Shown here in pieces: positions 47,462-56,279 of a stretch of DNA of 64,000 bases. Position 1 is the stretch's first letter. Every line of letters starts with the position of its first letter. The notes below the pieces were generated by a model. The model was not told where the DNA came from, did no database searches, and was given only the letters and a program-made list of their open reading frames with translations. The DNA lies in assembly GCA_050011195.1 (NCBI GenBank), contig JBEKJO010000001.1, positions 6,640 to 70,639 of the forward strand, read 5' to 3'. Source of the stretch: Verrucomicrobiota bacterium. GTDB taxonomy: Bacteria > Verrucomicrobiota > Verrucomicrobiia > Limisphaerales > UBA8199. The position numbers were made by a program, and so were the translations under genes.

Positions 47462-48628
47462 ATGATTCTGCAATGGTTTCTTTCCAAGACGGTTCGTCAG
47501 GCCACCGCCATGCGCAAACACGTCCTAAAAATCCTCAACCACCAGCGCGACATTCTCTCACCGCAGGCTATCGCGGCTGTCCAGTTGGCTATGGCAAATT
47601 GCCAACAGGCCGTGGCCGAGCATGCGGACAAGCCGGCCCTGGAAAAGCAGATGGAGAACCTGGAGAAAGCCGCTAACAAATGGCTCAAACCCTATCCCAG
47701 CGCCGCGTGGCGCGAGAACGTGGAAGTCTTGCTGGTGGCGCTCGCCGTGGCCATGGGTATCCGCACCTTCTTTCTCCAGCCGTTCAAGATCCCAACAGGG
47801 TCGATGCAGCCGACCCTTTATGGCGTCACCTCAGAGAATCTGATCAACGAACCGAATTTCAAGATCCCCACCGGCTTGACCCGGGCCCGCCAGTGGTTCG
47901 AGGGGATTTCCTACATCCATCTGGCAGCAGAAAACGACGGCCCGCTGGAATTGGTCGAGCGCCCATTCCGCATTCTAATCTTCAACATTTGGCAGAAGCT
48001 TGTAGCCGGCGGGAAGACATTCATCATCTGGTTTCCGCCCGACTATGGCGCACCGCCCGCCGGATCGCTGGAGGCGCGGGCTGGGCTGCGCTTCGACCAG
48101 TCCTTCCGCAAGGGCGAGGACATTGTGAAACTCCGGGTTAGCGCCGGAGATCATCTCTTCGTTGACCGGATGACATACAACTTTCGCCCGCCGAAGCGCG
48201 GTGAAATTATCGTGTTCGAAACCAAAGGCATTGACAACCTGCCGCAGGACCAATTCTACATTAAACGCATGGTGGCCCGCGGTGGGGACCGGGTTCAACT
48301 CGGTGATGACCGGCACTTGATCATCAACGGAAACCGTCTCGACGCCTCGACACCGCATTTTGAGAATGTCTATTCCTTCAATCCCAAGGAGCTTCCCCGC
48401 GACAGCCACTATTCAGGGCACGTAAACTACCCGTATCTTGCGCCATACTTCCAGGGAAAGCCCGAAGGTGTTGTCGTCGCGCCGGATCATTACATGGTGA
48501 TGGGGGATAACACGATGAACAGCGCGGACTCGCGGGCTTGGGGAGATTTCCCGGCGTCCAACGTCATCGGCAAGTCATTCTTCGTTTATTGGCCGATAAC
48601 CGACCGCTTCGGCTGGGGCAATCGCTAG
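47462..48628 (+). CDS. lepB: signal peptidase I
   Basis: PTGSMQPTL (Ser box), GDHLFVDR, IKRMVARGGD and GDNTMNSADSRAWG. Confidence 0.85.
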   Translation: MILQWFLSKTVRQATAMRKHVLKILNHQRDILSPQAIAAVQLAMANCQQAVAEHADKPALEKQMENLEKAANKWLKPYPSAAWRENVEVLLVALAVAMGIRTFFLQPFKIPTGSMQPTLYGVTSENLINEPNFKIPTGLTRARQWFEGISYIHLAAENDGPLELVERPFRILIFNIWQKLVAGGKTFIIWFPPDYGAPPAGSLEARAGLRFDQSFRKGEDIVKLRVSAGDHLFVDRMTYNFRPPKRGEIIVFETKGIDNLPQDQFYIKRMVARGGDRVQLGDDRHLIINGNRLDASTPHFENVYSFNPKELPRDSHYSGHVNYPYLAPYFQGKPEGVVVAPDHYMVMGDNTMNSADSRAWGDFPASNVIGKSFFVYWPITDRFGWGNR

Positions 48629-48863
48629 CTCTCGTGATGGGTGCAGGGTGCCAATTCTGAACACGATTGGACACCCCAGGCCGAGCTATGCTATCTCCGC
48701 CAACCCACATCACTGGAGCAGCCTACAAATCGCACAATGTTTGTTATGTTTAGTTAAGTCCTGGCTGATTGGGCTGTTGTATGCGCGGTTTTGGCCGGAT
48801 TCCCAGGGGGATGATTCACCGCTCCAGACAGGCTGCATCTCGGGATCGCCCCAGCCGAGGCGG

Positions 48864-50321
48864 TCATTTGGCGTTCTCCAGGCGTGCCCGCTGGTACGTC
48901 TGGAGGTACTGCACTACTGTCCGGTCCCAGGAGAAGTCGGCGGCCATGGCGTTCAGGCGGAAATGCTTTAGTAGTTCCGGCTGGTCGAACAACACCAGGG
49001 CCTTGCGGATGCCTTTGGCTAGCGCCGTGGCGGAGTAGTCGATGAATTTAATGCCGTTGGCCTTTCCGGCATCTTCTCTAACATCGATCACCGTATCGTC
49101 CAGCCCGCCGGTGGTGCGAACGATGGGAATGGTTCCGTAGCGCAGTCCATACATTTGGTTGAGGCCGCACGGCTCAAAGCGGGACGGCATGAGGAAGAAA
49201 TCGCAGCCGGCTTCGATGCGGTGCGACAACCCCTCGTCGAAGCCAATCCGCACGGCGACCTGGGATGGGTATCGCCGCGCGAGGGCCTGGTAGGCCCGCT
49301 GGAACGCCGGCGCGCCGCTGCCTACCGCGACAAACTGCATGTTCGTCCTCAGCATTTCCTCGAGTGCGCCGAGCATGATTTCGACGCCTTTCTGCTCGGC
49401 CAGCCGCCCGATGCCGCCAAACAGCGGGCGGCTGGCGTCTGCCGGCAAGCCAAATTCCCTTTGCAGGTCAAGTTTGTTGGCAGCCTTGCCGCTCAAGTCC
49501 GCCGGGGAATATGGATGGTTAAGATAAGGATCGTTGGTAGTGTTCCATTCCTCGTAATCAACGCCGTTGAGGATGCCGACCAGCGAGCTGTTGCGCCGGC
49601 GCAGCAGGCCGTCCAGGCCGCAGCCCAGTTCTTCGGTCGTGATCTCGCGGGCATACCGCGGGCTGACGGTCGTGATGACATTGGCATAAACGATCCCGGC
49701 CTTCAAACAGCCCATTTGGCCGTAGAATTCCACGCCACTTGGAGTGAAATAGTCCCAGGGCAGGTTGGTGAGCGCGTATTGGGCGGCGGGGAAAAGCCCC
49801 TGGTAAGCCAAGTTATGGATTGTCAGGCAAATTCCGGGTGCGGTCCCCTGCCCTGCCTGCTTGCGCTGATGCCGAATGAGCAGCGCGGCGGGACTGGTTT
49901 GCCAATCGTGGAGGTGCAGCAGCTCCGGTTGCCAGTCCAGACGCAGCGCGAAGTGCGCGGCGGCCTTGGAAAGGAAGATGAAGCGCTCCGCATTGTCCGG
50001 GTAATCAACGCCCTCTTCTTGATACAGGTCGGCGCGGTGATAGAACGCCGGCTGGTCCACGAAATACACGGTCAGCCCCGGGATCGGCTCCAGGCTCCAG
50101 GTCTCGCCGCAAACGCGGCGCCGGCCGAGCGGGAATTCCAAGGGCAAAGCGAGCTGCCTGAGTCCGGGAAATCGCTCCCGAATCCCCGCATACAGCGGCG
50201 TGACCACTCCCACCCGGTGTCCGGCGCGGGCCAGGGTCTTGGCCAGCGCGCCGACCATGTCGGCCAGGCCGCCGGTCTTGGAGTAGGGATAGACTTCGCT
50301 GCTGGCGAGCAGAATTCTCAT
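48864..50321 (-). CDS. glgA: glycogen synthase
   Basis: ATG at 50321 gives MRILLASSEVYPYSKTGGLADMVGAL. The track extension to 50474 overlaps the serS 3' end. Confidence 0.9.
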   Translation of the reverse strand: MRILLASSEVYPYSKTGGLADMVGALAKTLARAGHRVGVVTPLYAGIRERFPGLRQLALPLEFPLGRRRVCGETWSLEPIPGLTVYFVDQPAFYHRADLYQEEGVDYPDNAERFIFLSKAAAHFALRLDWQPELLHLHDWQTSPAALLIRHQRKQAGQGTAPGICLTIHNLAYQGLFPAAQYALTNLPWDYFTPSGVEFYGQMGCLKAGIVYANVITTVSPRYAREITTEELGCGLDGLLRRRNSSLVGILNGVDYEEWNTTNDPYLNHPYSPADLSGKAANKLDLQREFGLPADASRPLFGGIGRLAEQKGVEIMLGALEEMLRTNMQFVAVGSGAPAFQRAYQALARRYPSQVAVRIGFDEGLSHRIEAGCDFFLMPSRFEPCGLNQMYGLRYGTIPIVRTTGGLDDTVIDVREDAGKANGIKFIDYSATALAKGIRKALVLFDQPELLKHFRLNAMAADFSWDRTVVQYLQTYQRARLENAK

Positions 50322-50364
50322 GCCAATAATAATCGCGCTGGTTGCCGGCCTGCCGTTATGCCCC

Positions 50365-51666
50365 TCACACCTGAATCCGCTCGGTCTTGAGGTAGGGCCG
50401 GAGGGCGGGTGGAACCACCAGGCTTCCGTCCGCCTGCTGATACGTTTCGACCAGCGCCACAAAGAGGCGAGCAAGCGCCGTGCCGCTCCCGTTCAATATG
50501 TGCGGGAATCGGTTCTCGCCTGTCTCCGACTTGAAGCGCAGGTTCATCCGGCGCGACTGGAAGTCTTCGCAGTTCGAGACGCTCGAAACTTCGAGGTAGC
50601 TCCCCTGCCCTGGCGCCCAGACTTCCAGGTCGTAGGTCTTCGCGCTGGCGAAGCCCATGTCGCCGGTGCAGAGCAGGACCACCCGATAGTGCAGGCCCAG
50701 CGATTGGAGCACGCGCTCGGCGTGCGCGACCATCTTCTCCTGCTCCGCGTAGCCGTTCTCGGGCTTCACGATCTTGATTAGCTCGACCTTGTCGAACTGA
50801 TGGACGCGGATCATGCCGCGGGTGCCGACGCCCGCCGCGCCGGCCTCGCCGCGGAAACAGGGCGTGTAAGCGCAGTAGGAAATCGGCAGTTGGCGCTCGG
50901 CCAGCAGTTCCTCACGATGGATGTTGGCGACGGGCGTTTCGGCGGTCGGGATGAGATACAATTTGCCCAGCGTGGTCGAATCCAGCCCTTCCTGCACGGC
51001 GTAATACTGGTCGGCGAACTTGGGGAACTGGCCGACGCCTTCGAGGCATTGCGGCCCGACCATGAACGGCGGCGACACCTCGGTGTAGCCGTGCTCGGTC
51101 GTGTGCAAATCGAGCATGAACTGAATCAACGCCCGCTCGAGCTTCGCGCCCCAATTCGTGTAGAGCAGGAACCCGCTGCCGGCGAGTTTGGCCGCCCGTG
51201 TGAAATCCACCAACCCGAGCTTCTCGCACAGCTCGACGTGCGACTTGGGCTTGAACGCGAACACTGGTTTCTCGCCCGACACGCGGACGACCGGATTATC
51301 CGCCGCGCTTTTCCCGACCGGCACCGACTCGTGCGGCAAATTGGGCAGCCGCAGCATCAATTGGTTCCGGGCCGACTCCGCCTCCGCCGCTTGTTTGTCG
51401 AGTTCCGCGATGCGGTCGCCCATCTCACGTGTCTCCAGTTTCTTCACTCCGGCGTCCACGACCCTTTTCTGGCCCAGCAAAGTACCGATTTCCTTGGAAA
51501 CGCGGTTGCGCTGGGCCTTGAGGGCCTCGACCTCGGCCAAGAGCTTGCGTCGTTGCTCGTCGCACTTGAGCACCTCGTCAATGCGGGTCTCATCCCCTGC
51601 CCCGCGTGTCGCCAGCCGCAGGCGCACGAAATCCGGGCGTTCGCGAATCAGTTTAATATCGAGCAT
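50365..51666 (-). CDS. serS: seryl-tRNA synthetase
   Basis: ATG at 51666 gives MLDIKLIRERPDFV. Coiled-coil arm plus class II motifs (FRGEAGAAG..., GSGTALARL). Confidence 0.93.
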   Translation of the reverse strand: MLDIKLIRERPDFVRLRLATRGAGDETRIDEVLKCDEQRRKLLAEVEALKAQRNRVSKEIGTLLGQKRVVDAGVKKLETREMGDRIAELDKQAAEAESARNQLMLRLPNLPHESVPVGKSAADNPVVRVSGEKPVFAFKPKSHVELCEKLGLVDFTRAAKLAGSGFLLYTNWGAKLERALIQFMLDLHTTEHGYTEVSPPFMVGPQCLEGVGQFPKFADQYYAVQEGLDSTTLGKLYLIPTAETPVANIHREELLAERQLPISYCAYTPCFRGEAGAAGVGTRGMIRVHQFDKVELIKIVKPENGYAEQEKMVAHAERVLQSLGLHYRVVLLCTGDMGFASAKTYDLEVWAPGQGSYLEVSSVSNCEDFQSRRMNLRFKSETGENRFPHILNGSGTALARLFVALVETYQQADGSLVVPPALRPYLKTERIQV

Positions 51667-51803
51667 CGTTTCAATCCGCACCCCTGGATGGGGGTGAGCG
51701 CTTTCTATTATAGGCGCGCGCATCTTCGGGGCAAGGCGGAAGGGCGCGCCTGCCCGCTTGTCACGGGCTTGCGCTGGTGGCACGGCACCGGTATGTTAAT
51801 CGC

Positions 51804-51989
51804 ATGACTCAAGCGGTTGCCCAGATTCTCAGCGAGGTGGAGCGGCTCTCCCGCGCTGAGCAGAGGGAATTGCGCCAGCGCCTCTGTGAGCGCGTGCCGA
51901 TGTCCGAGGATCTGACCGACGAGGACTTTGCGGCGTTGGCCGCGGCTTCCTTCCGCGCACTGGACCAGGAGGAGGCCGCTGGTGCCTGA
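51804..51989 (+). CDS. putative antitoxin (addiction-module component-like)
   Basis: MTQAVAQILSEVERLSRAEQRELRQRLCE.... The stop TGA (51987..51989) overlaps the GTG start of the MazF-like gene. Confidence 0.5.
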   Translation: MTQAVAQILSEVERLSRAEQRELRQRLCERVPMSEDLTDEDFAALAAASFRALDQEEAAGA

Positions 51990-52299
51990 GCGGGGCGAGG
52001 TGTGGCAGGTGGACTTTGGCGTCACACAGAAGGTTCGCCCGGCATTGGTCATCAGCGCGCCCTACGAGGACACGGACCGTGCGTTGATCGGGGTCATTCC
52101 GCACACGACCGCCGTGCGCGGTTCACAGTTCGAGGTTTCCATTCCCGTCCCCTGGCTTTCCCGAGGCGCGTTCCTGGTTCAGGGGATGCAGGCCGTTCCT
52201 CCCCATTATTTTTTGCGGCGTCTCGGCAAACTCACCGCGGAGCAACTGCAATTGGTGGAACAGGCGCTGCTCCGCTGGGTGGCGATCGCCCCCAAGTAG
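51982..52299 (+). CDS. MazF/PemK-family toxin (mRNA interferase)
   Basis: PERGEVWQVDFGVTQKVRPALVISAP...VIPHTTAVRGSQFEV shows the typical PemK pattern. The GTG at 51982 is in frame with track ORF 51928. Confidence 0.7.
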   Translation: MPERGEVWQVDFGVTQKVRPALVISAPYEDTDRALIGVIPHTTAVRGSQFEVSIPVPWLSRGAFLVQGMQAVPPHYFLRRLGKLTAEQLQLVEQALLRWVAIAPK

Positions 52300-52365
52300 T
52301 GCCGGTGCCCAAGCCGGCGAATGCCGCACCCCGCCTCGCGGCAAGACGGAAGGGCATTGCAGAAC

Positions 52366-52392
52366 CACGAAATACACGAAACACACGAAACA
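52366..52392. repeat. 9-bp unit CACGAAAYA x3
   Basis: cacgaaatacacgaaacacacgaaaca, downstream of the MazF-like gene. Confidence 0.8.
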
Positions 52393-52645
52393 CCGGCCGA
52401 ACCGCGGGTAAAAGTGCGGACAAAAGTTGTAATCCTGCATTGACGCGTTTGGATTCCCTCCCTAAGCTTCAAGCGAGTGAAAATGAAACCCGGAATGAAT
52501 TCCACGGTTGCCGGTTATAGTCCGGTTTCCACGGGGTTTTTCCGGTGTAAATAGTAGTTTGGCCCTTGACTGCCTGTTCCAAAAATGTCGAGGATTTGTA
52601 GTGGAGACGAAGCGCACCACGCCATAGTTTACGTGAATTACTTGC

Positions 52646-53683
52646 ATGAACCAAAATCGATACAGAAGCTTCTTCCACGACGTCTCGGAGATCGTCACTC
52701 TTTACGTGGGGCTGTTGGCCCTGATAGGGCTTCTTGCTTCGGTTGGATTTTTTAAGCTCCGCGTTGAGCCAACCCTAAAAATGTTAGACCCTGTGTACAT
52801 CTTCGACATGCCGCAGCTCATCAGAGCCTTCAACAGCTACGCGCAAGGCTCACCATTGCCGCAGGAGTGGCGCGCGGTATCAAACGGATTTGCAGTGTTC
52901 CGTAAGCCGTATGGCAAGGACTTGGCTGGCGGAAGGCTCGTCTCGTCTGCGATGGTACCATTTCAAGACGTAACTGGCCCCGGACCAACCAACTTTCCAA
53001 GCTGGGCTCACCCATCCGACCCGCAAACCCTTTTTTACCACTTAGGTTTGACGAACGCTCCTGCTACGTATAGCGCAACCCATCCAAACTTTTCGGTACG
53101 GCGCACCGATGATGAGAAGCGATACGGAGTAGACATGGGGATCATCATGGACTACGTCCGCCTGGCTGTCGCAAAAGGCGGCACGCCGCCGGATCATGTC
53201 AATGAGAATCCACTCGACAGATTGCAGGCAGTTGTTCCTCACAAAGACGCTCCCCAGGTGGGAGATATGTTCCAGATGGACCCCATAAGCGAAGCGACTC
53301 TACCTTACTCCATCGCCTCGATCGGAAACCTCTCCTCAGAACCCATCGAGAATGTCAGAGTGAGCGTTGCCAGTTCCATTTGGTCTGCCCCGGTCGAACT
53401 GGTCGGCTGGAGCGATTTACCACAACTTGCGGACGCCACACAGAAGGGCCACAATCATCATATAACAATCGAGCGGCTGGAACCGGGACAGAGCATCGAA
53501 ATCGTCTTTCGTGGGCATAAGCTGCTGCGCGCGAACGAAGTGTCCGTTGTCTGCTCCTGGATTTTTGATAAGACAAAAATCGCAGTGTTGATGGCCCTTA
53601 TACTCGTCTTGACCATTGCGGTCTATTACGGAGACATTCTTTCTCTGAAGTTTTCCCGCTTAGTGGGTTCTCGAAAGGACTAG
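52646..53683 (+). CDS. orphan protein with N- and C-terminal TM helices, unknown function
   Basis: 345 aa in a distinctly lower-GC stretch. TM helices at ~aa 17-36 and ~310-330. No motif recognised. Confidence 0.5.
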   Translation: MNQNRYRSFFHDVSEIVTLYVGLLALIGLLASVGFFKLRVEPTLKMLDPVYIFDMPQLIRAFNSYAQGSPLPQEWRAVSNGFAVFRKPYGKDLAGGRLVSSAMVPFQDVTGPGPTNFPSWAHPSDPQTLFYHLGLTNAPATYSATHPNFSVRRTDDEKRYGVDMGIIMDYVRLAVAKGGTPPDHVNENPLDRLQAVVPHKDAPQVGDMFQMDPISEATLPYSIASIGNLSSEPIENVRVSVASSIWSAPVELVGWSDLPQLADATQKGHNHHITIERLEPGQSIEIVFRGHKLLRANEVSVVCSWIFDKTKIAVLMALILVLTIAVYYGDILSLKFSRLVGSRKD

Positions 53684-53989
53684 AAGTTGTCTGGACATCT
53701 GAACTATCGCGCTGCACTGGATGCTGGGTGTCCATCCCTGATTGCGGTCGGGAGCCTTTGGCTCAGCGCGAGCGAACGCCTGCCTTGGCTTCGAGATCGT
53801 CATGGGCAACCGCCGATTCAACGCGCTTAAGGGCTTCGACCTCGGTCAAGGGCTTGGGTTGTTGCTCGGCGAACTTCTGCAGTTCGTCGAGGCAGGCCCC
53901 ATCCCCTACCCTGCGCGTCGGTTGACGGTGGCGCACAGAATCCGGCTTTTCGCGAGTCAGATTTGCGGATGGCGAGTGCGGGGGCCGTA

Positions 53990-54014
53990 AGCCGGTTTGG
54001 AAACCGGCGCTCCG
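53990..54014. repeat. family C solo arm
   Basis: gccggtttggaaaccggcgctccgg. No partner arm seen nearby. Confidence 0.7.
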
Positions 54015-54134
54015 GCCCGCGGGTGTGAAATATACGGGTTGGGTCGTCGGCGGGCAGGCGGAGGGGGCGGAGGAACGCGGTGGTGGCTCCAGGGCGGCAC
54101 CGGAGCAATCCCGGAGCCCCTCTGTAGCCATACC

Positions 54135-54309
54135 GTCGTTTCAGGCATCTTTGAGGCACGTTTCAAGCTTGTTTCAGGCATGTTTGACGCATGTTTCAAG
54201 CTTGTTTCAGGCATGTTTGACGCATGTTTCAAGCTTGTTTCAGGCATGTTTGAGGCATGTCTCAGGCATGCTTCAGGCACGTTTGAGGCATGTTCCAGGG
54301 ATGTTTGAG
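54135..54309. repeat. 11-bp tandem array, ~16 units (33-bp higher-order unit)
   Basis: Units follow GCATGTTTSAG. The 33-mer gcatgtttgacgcatgtttcaagcttgtttcag is repeated perfectly twice (54178..54243), with diverged copies on both sides. Confidence 0.9.
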
Positions 54310-54505
54310 GTTTCCCCCAATCCTTTCTGCCTCAATGTCCCCAAGCCAAGCACCCGACGGTCGCGGGGACGCTCCCCCTGGCGTTCGGTCCCCGGGCCGG
54401 GCACCGGTAGCGTCCAGCCATCGAGCGGCGGGGGCGCTCCCGAATTGTCCGCGCATACTGTACAGATTCCGAGAGATTTGTCAAGGAGTAAGTTGAGCGA
54501 AGGAA

Positions 54506-54527
54506 GAATGCAGAATGCAGAATGCAG
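54506..54527. repeat. heptamer GAATGCA x3
   Basis: gaatgcagaatgcagaatgcag. Confidence 0.85.
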
Positions 54528-54592
54528 AAAGTAAAGGCGACAAGGGCGCCTGGAACGACCCGGGGGCGATGATCGTGCCGTGAGTGAGGGAT

Positions 54593-54726
54593 AAATCCGA
54601 AAACCGAAATCCGAAATCCGAAGGAAACCCGAAGTCCGAAATCCGAAATCAAGACCGTCTCGGGATTGCAATGGCCCGTCAGAAGCGGTCGGTTTCGGAT
54701 TTCGGCATTCGGGCTTCGGATTTCCG
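54593..54726. repeat. inverted arrays of ~8-bp TCCGAAAT-type units forming a long hairpin
   Basis: Left arm aaatccgaaaaccgaaatccgaaatccgaaggaaacccgaagtccgaaatccgaaatc. Right arm ggtttcggatttcggcattcgggcttcggatttccg. Confidence 0.85.
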
Positions 54727-54783
54727 CAGCACCCCTCATTTTCTTCTCGCCTTGCGGGGCGGGTTGTGGCGTCATACAGGGCC

Positions 54784-56184
54784 ATGAACAAATCTGCTCT
54801 CGATTCAGGAATCAGCCGACGCCATTTTCTCGCCACCGCCGGGTTGGCGTTGGCCGCTCCAACCATCATCCCCGCCAGCGCTTTGGGCCGGGAAGACAAG
54901 CCCGCGCCCTCGGAGCGCATCACGTTGGGGGTGGTCGGCTGGGGCATGCAAGGCCCCGGGAACACGGAGGCGTTTCTGGGGATGAAGGATTGCCAGGTGG
55001 TCGCCGCCTGCGATTTGGACCAGCACCACCTCCAGCAGGCGCTGGACAAGATCAACGGCCATTACGAGAACCGGGACTGCAAGTCCTGCCACGATTACCG
55101 GGAGATAATGGCGCGCAAGGACATTGATGCCGTGATGCTGGCGGTGCCGGATCATTGGCATGAGCTGACCGCCGTCGAGGCGGCCAGGAACAAGAAGGAC
55201 ATTTACGCCGAGAAACCGCTCGCCCGCACGATTGCCGAACAGCAGGCCATCGTCAAAGCCGTCCAGAAGAACAAGCGCATCTGGCAGACCGGGTCGTGGC
55301 AGCGGTCGGAGGGGTCGTTCCGCAAGGCGGCGGAGATTGTGCGCAACGGGCTGATCGGGAAAGTCACGCGCGTTGAGGTGGGTTTGCCGGGCTACCACCA
55401 TGACTTCGCCGGGACCGCCCCTGCCCTGCTGGCGAAGTTGCCGAATTCGCCAAAGAATTCCGAGTATCTGGCCAAGGTCGTGCCCGGCAGCCCGGAATGG
55501 AAGATAGCAGTTACGCCTCCCGCGCCTGAGCTGGATTACGAGATGTGGCTTGGTCCTTCGCAAAAGGAGCCTTACATCCAGGCCCGGGTGCACATGAACT
55601 GGCGTTGGAATTACAACACCGGCGGCGGCCAGTTGCTGGACTGGATTGGCCATCACGGCGACATCGCCCACTGGGGGCTGGGATTCGACAACGCCGGCCC
55701 GTCGGAGATCGAAGGGCAGGGCGAGTTTCCGCCCGCCGATGCCGTGTGGAACACCTGCACCAAGTACCGCATCACCCTGAAGTACCCCGAGGACATCACC
55801 ATGATCATCGCGGGCGGACATGGGGACATTCGCAGCGGCACGAAATGGATCGGCACCGAGGGCTGGGTGTGGGTGGACCGGGGCGGGTATGATGCCTCGA
55901 ATATTGACTGGTTTGCGCAAATCCCCGCCGACAAGTACAAGGTGAAGCTTTACAGATCGCCGGGCCACCAGCGCGACTTCCTCGACTGTGTGAAGTCCCG
56001 CCAGCCGACGATTACGCCGGTGGAGACGGCGCACCATTCGGCGATTCCCGGGCACCTCGGCCTCATCTCGATGCTGGTCGGGCGGAAGATCAAATGGGAC
56101 GCGACCAAGGAAGTCATTGTGGGCGATGCCGACGCGAGCAAACTGCTGACGCGCCCATACCGCGCGCCGTGGAAGCTGGCGTGA
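54784..56184 (+). CDS. Gfo/Idh/MocA-family oxidoreductase with Tat signal
   Basis: MNKSALDSGISRRHFLATAGLALAAP, then the Rossmann segment LGVVGWGMQG. Confidence 0.85.
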   Translation: MNKSALDSGISRRHFLATAGLALAAPTIIPASALGREDKPAPSERITLGVVGWGMQGPGNTEAFLGMKDCQVVAACDLDQHHLQQALDKINGHYENRDCKSCHDYREIMARKDIDAVMLAVPDHWHELTAVEAARNKKDIYAEKPLARTIAEQQAIVKAVQKNKRIWQTGSWQRSEGSFRKAAEIVRNGLIGKVTRVEVGLPGYHHDFAGTAPALLAKLPNSPKNSEYLAKVVPGSPEWKIAVTPPAPELDYEMWLGPSQKEPYIQARVHMNWRWNYNTGGGQLLDWIGHHGDIAHWGLGFDNAGPSEIEGQGEFPPADAVWNTCTKYRITLKYPEDITMIIAGGHGDIRSGTKWIGTEGWVWVDRGGYDASNIDWFAQIPADKYKVKLYRSPGHQRDFLDCVKSRQPTITPVETAHHSAIPGHLGLISMLVGRKIKWDATKEVIVGDADASKLLTRPYRAPWKLA

Positions 56185-56279
56185 TCGGCGGAGCAAACTT
56201 TGCTCTTTACATTTGGCCCCAGAGCCGATGCTATAAGCGAAAATTGGATTCGACAGACCAAACTCAACCAAATTCGACT

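Noticed and set aside
54135-54309. Tandem array considered as a CRISPR array.
   Set aside because: The units are 11 bp (33 bp higher order) with no unique spacers between them, and there are no cas genes in the window.
53957-54534. Repetitive ORFs across the 11-bp array (for example MPETSLKHASNMPETSLKHASN..., SLFQACLTHVSSLFQACLTHV...) considered as possible repeat proteins.
   Set aside because: All six frames are open only because the unit lacks stop triplets. The 11-bp primary period is not a multiple of 3, and the flanks are other non-coding repeats with no start context.
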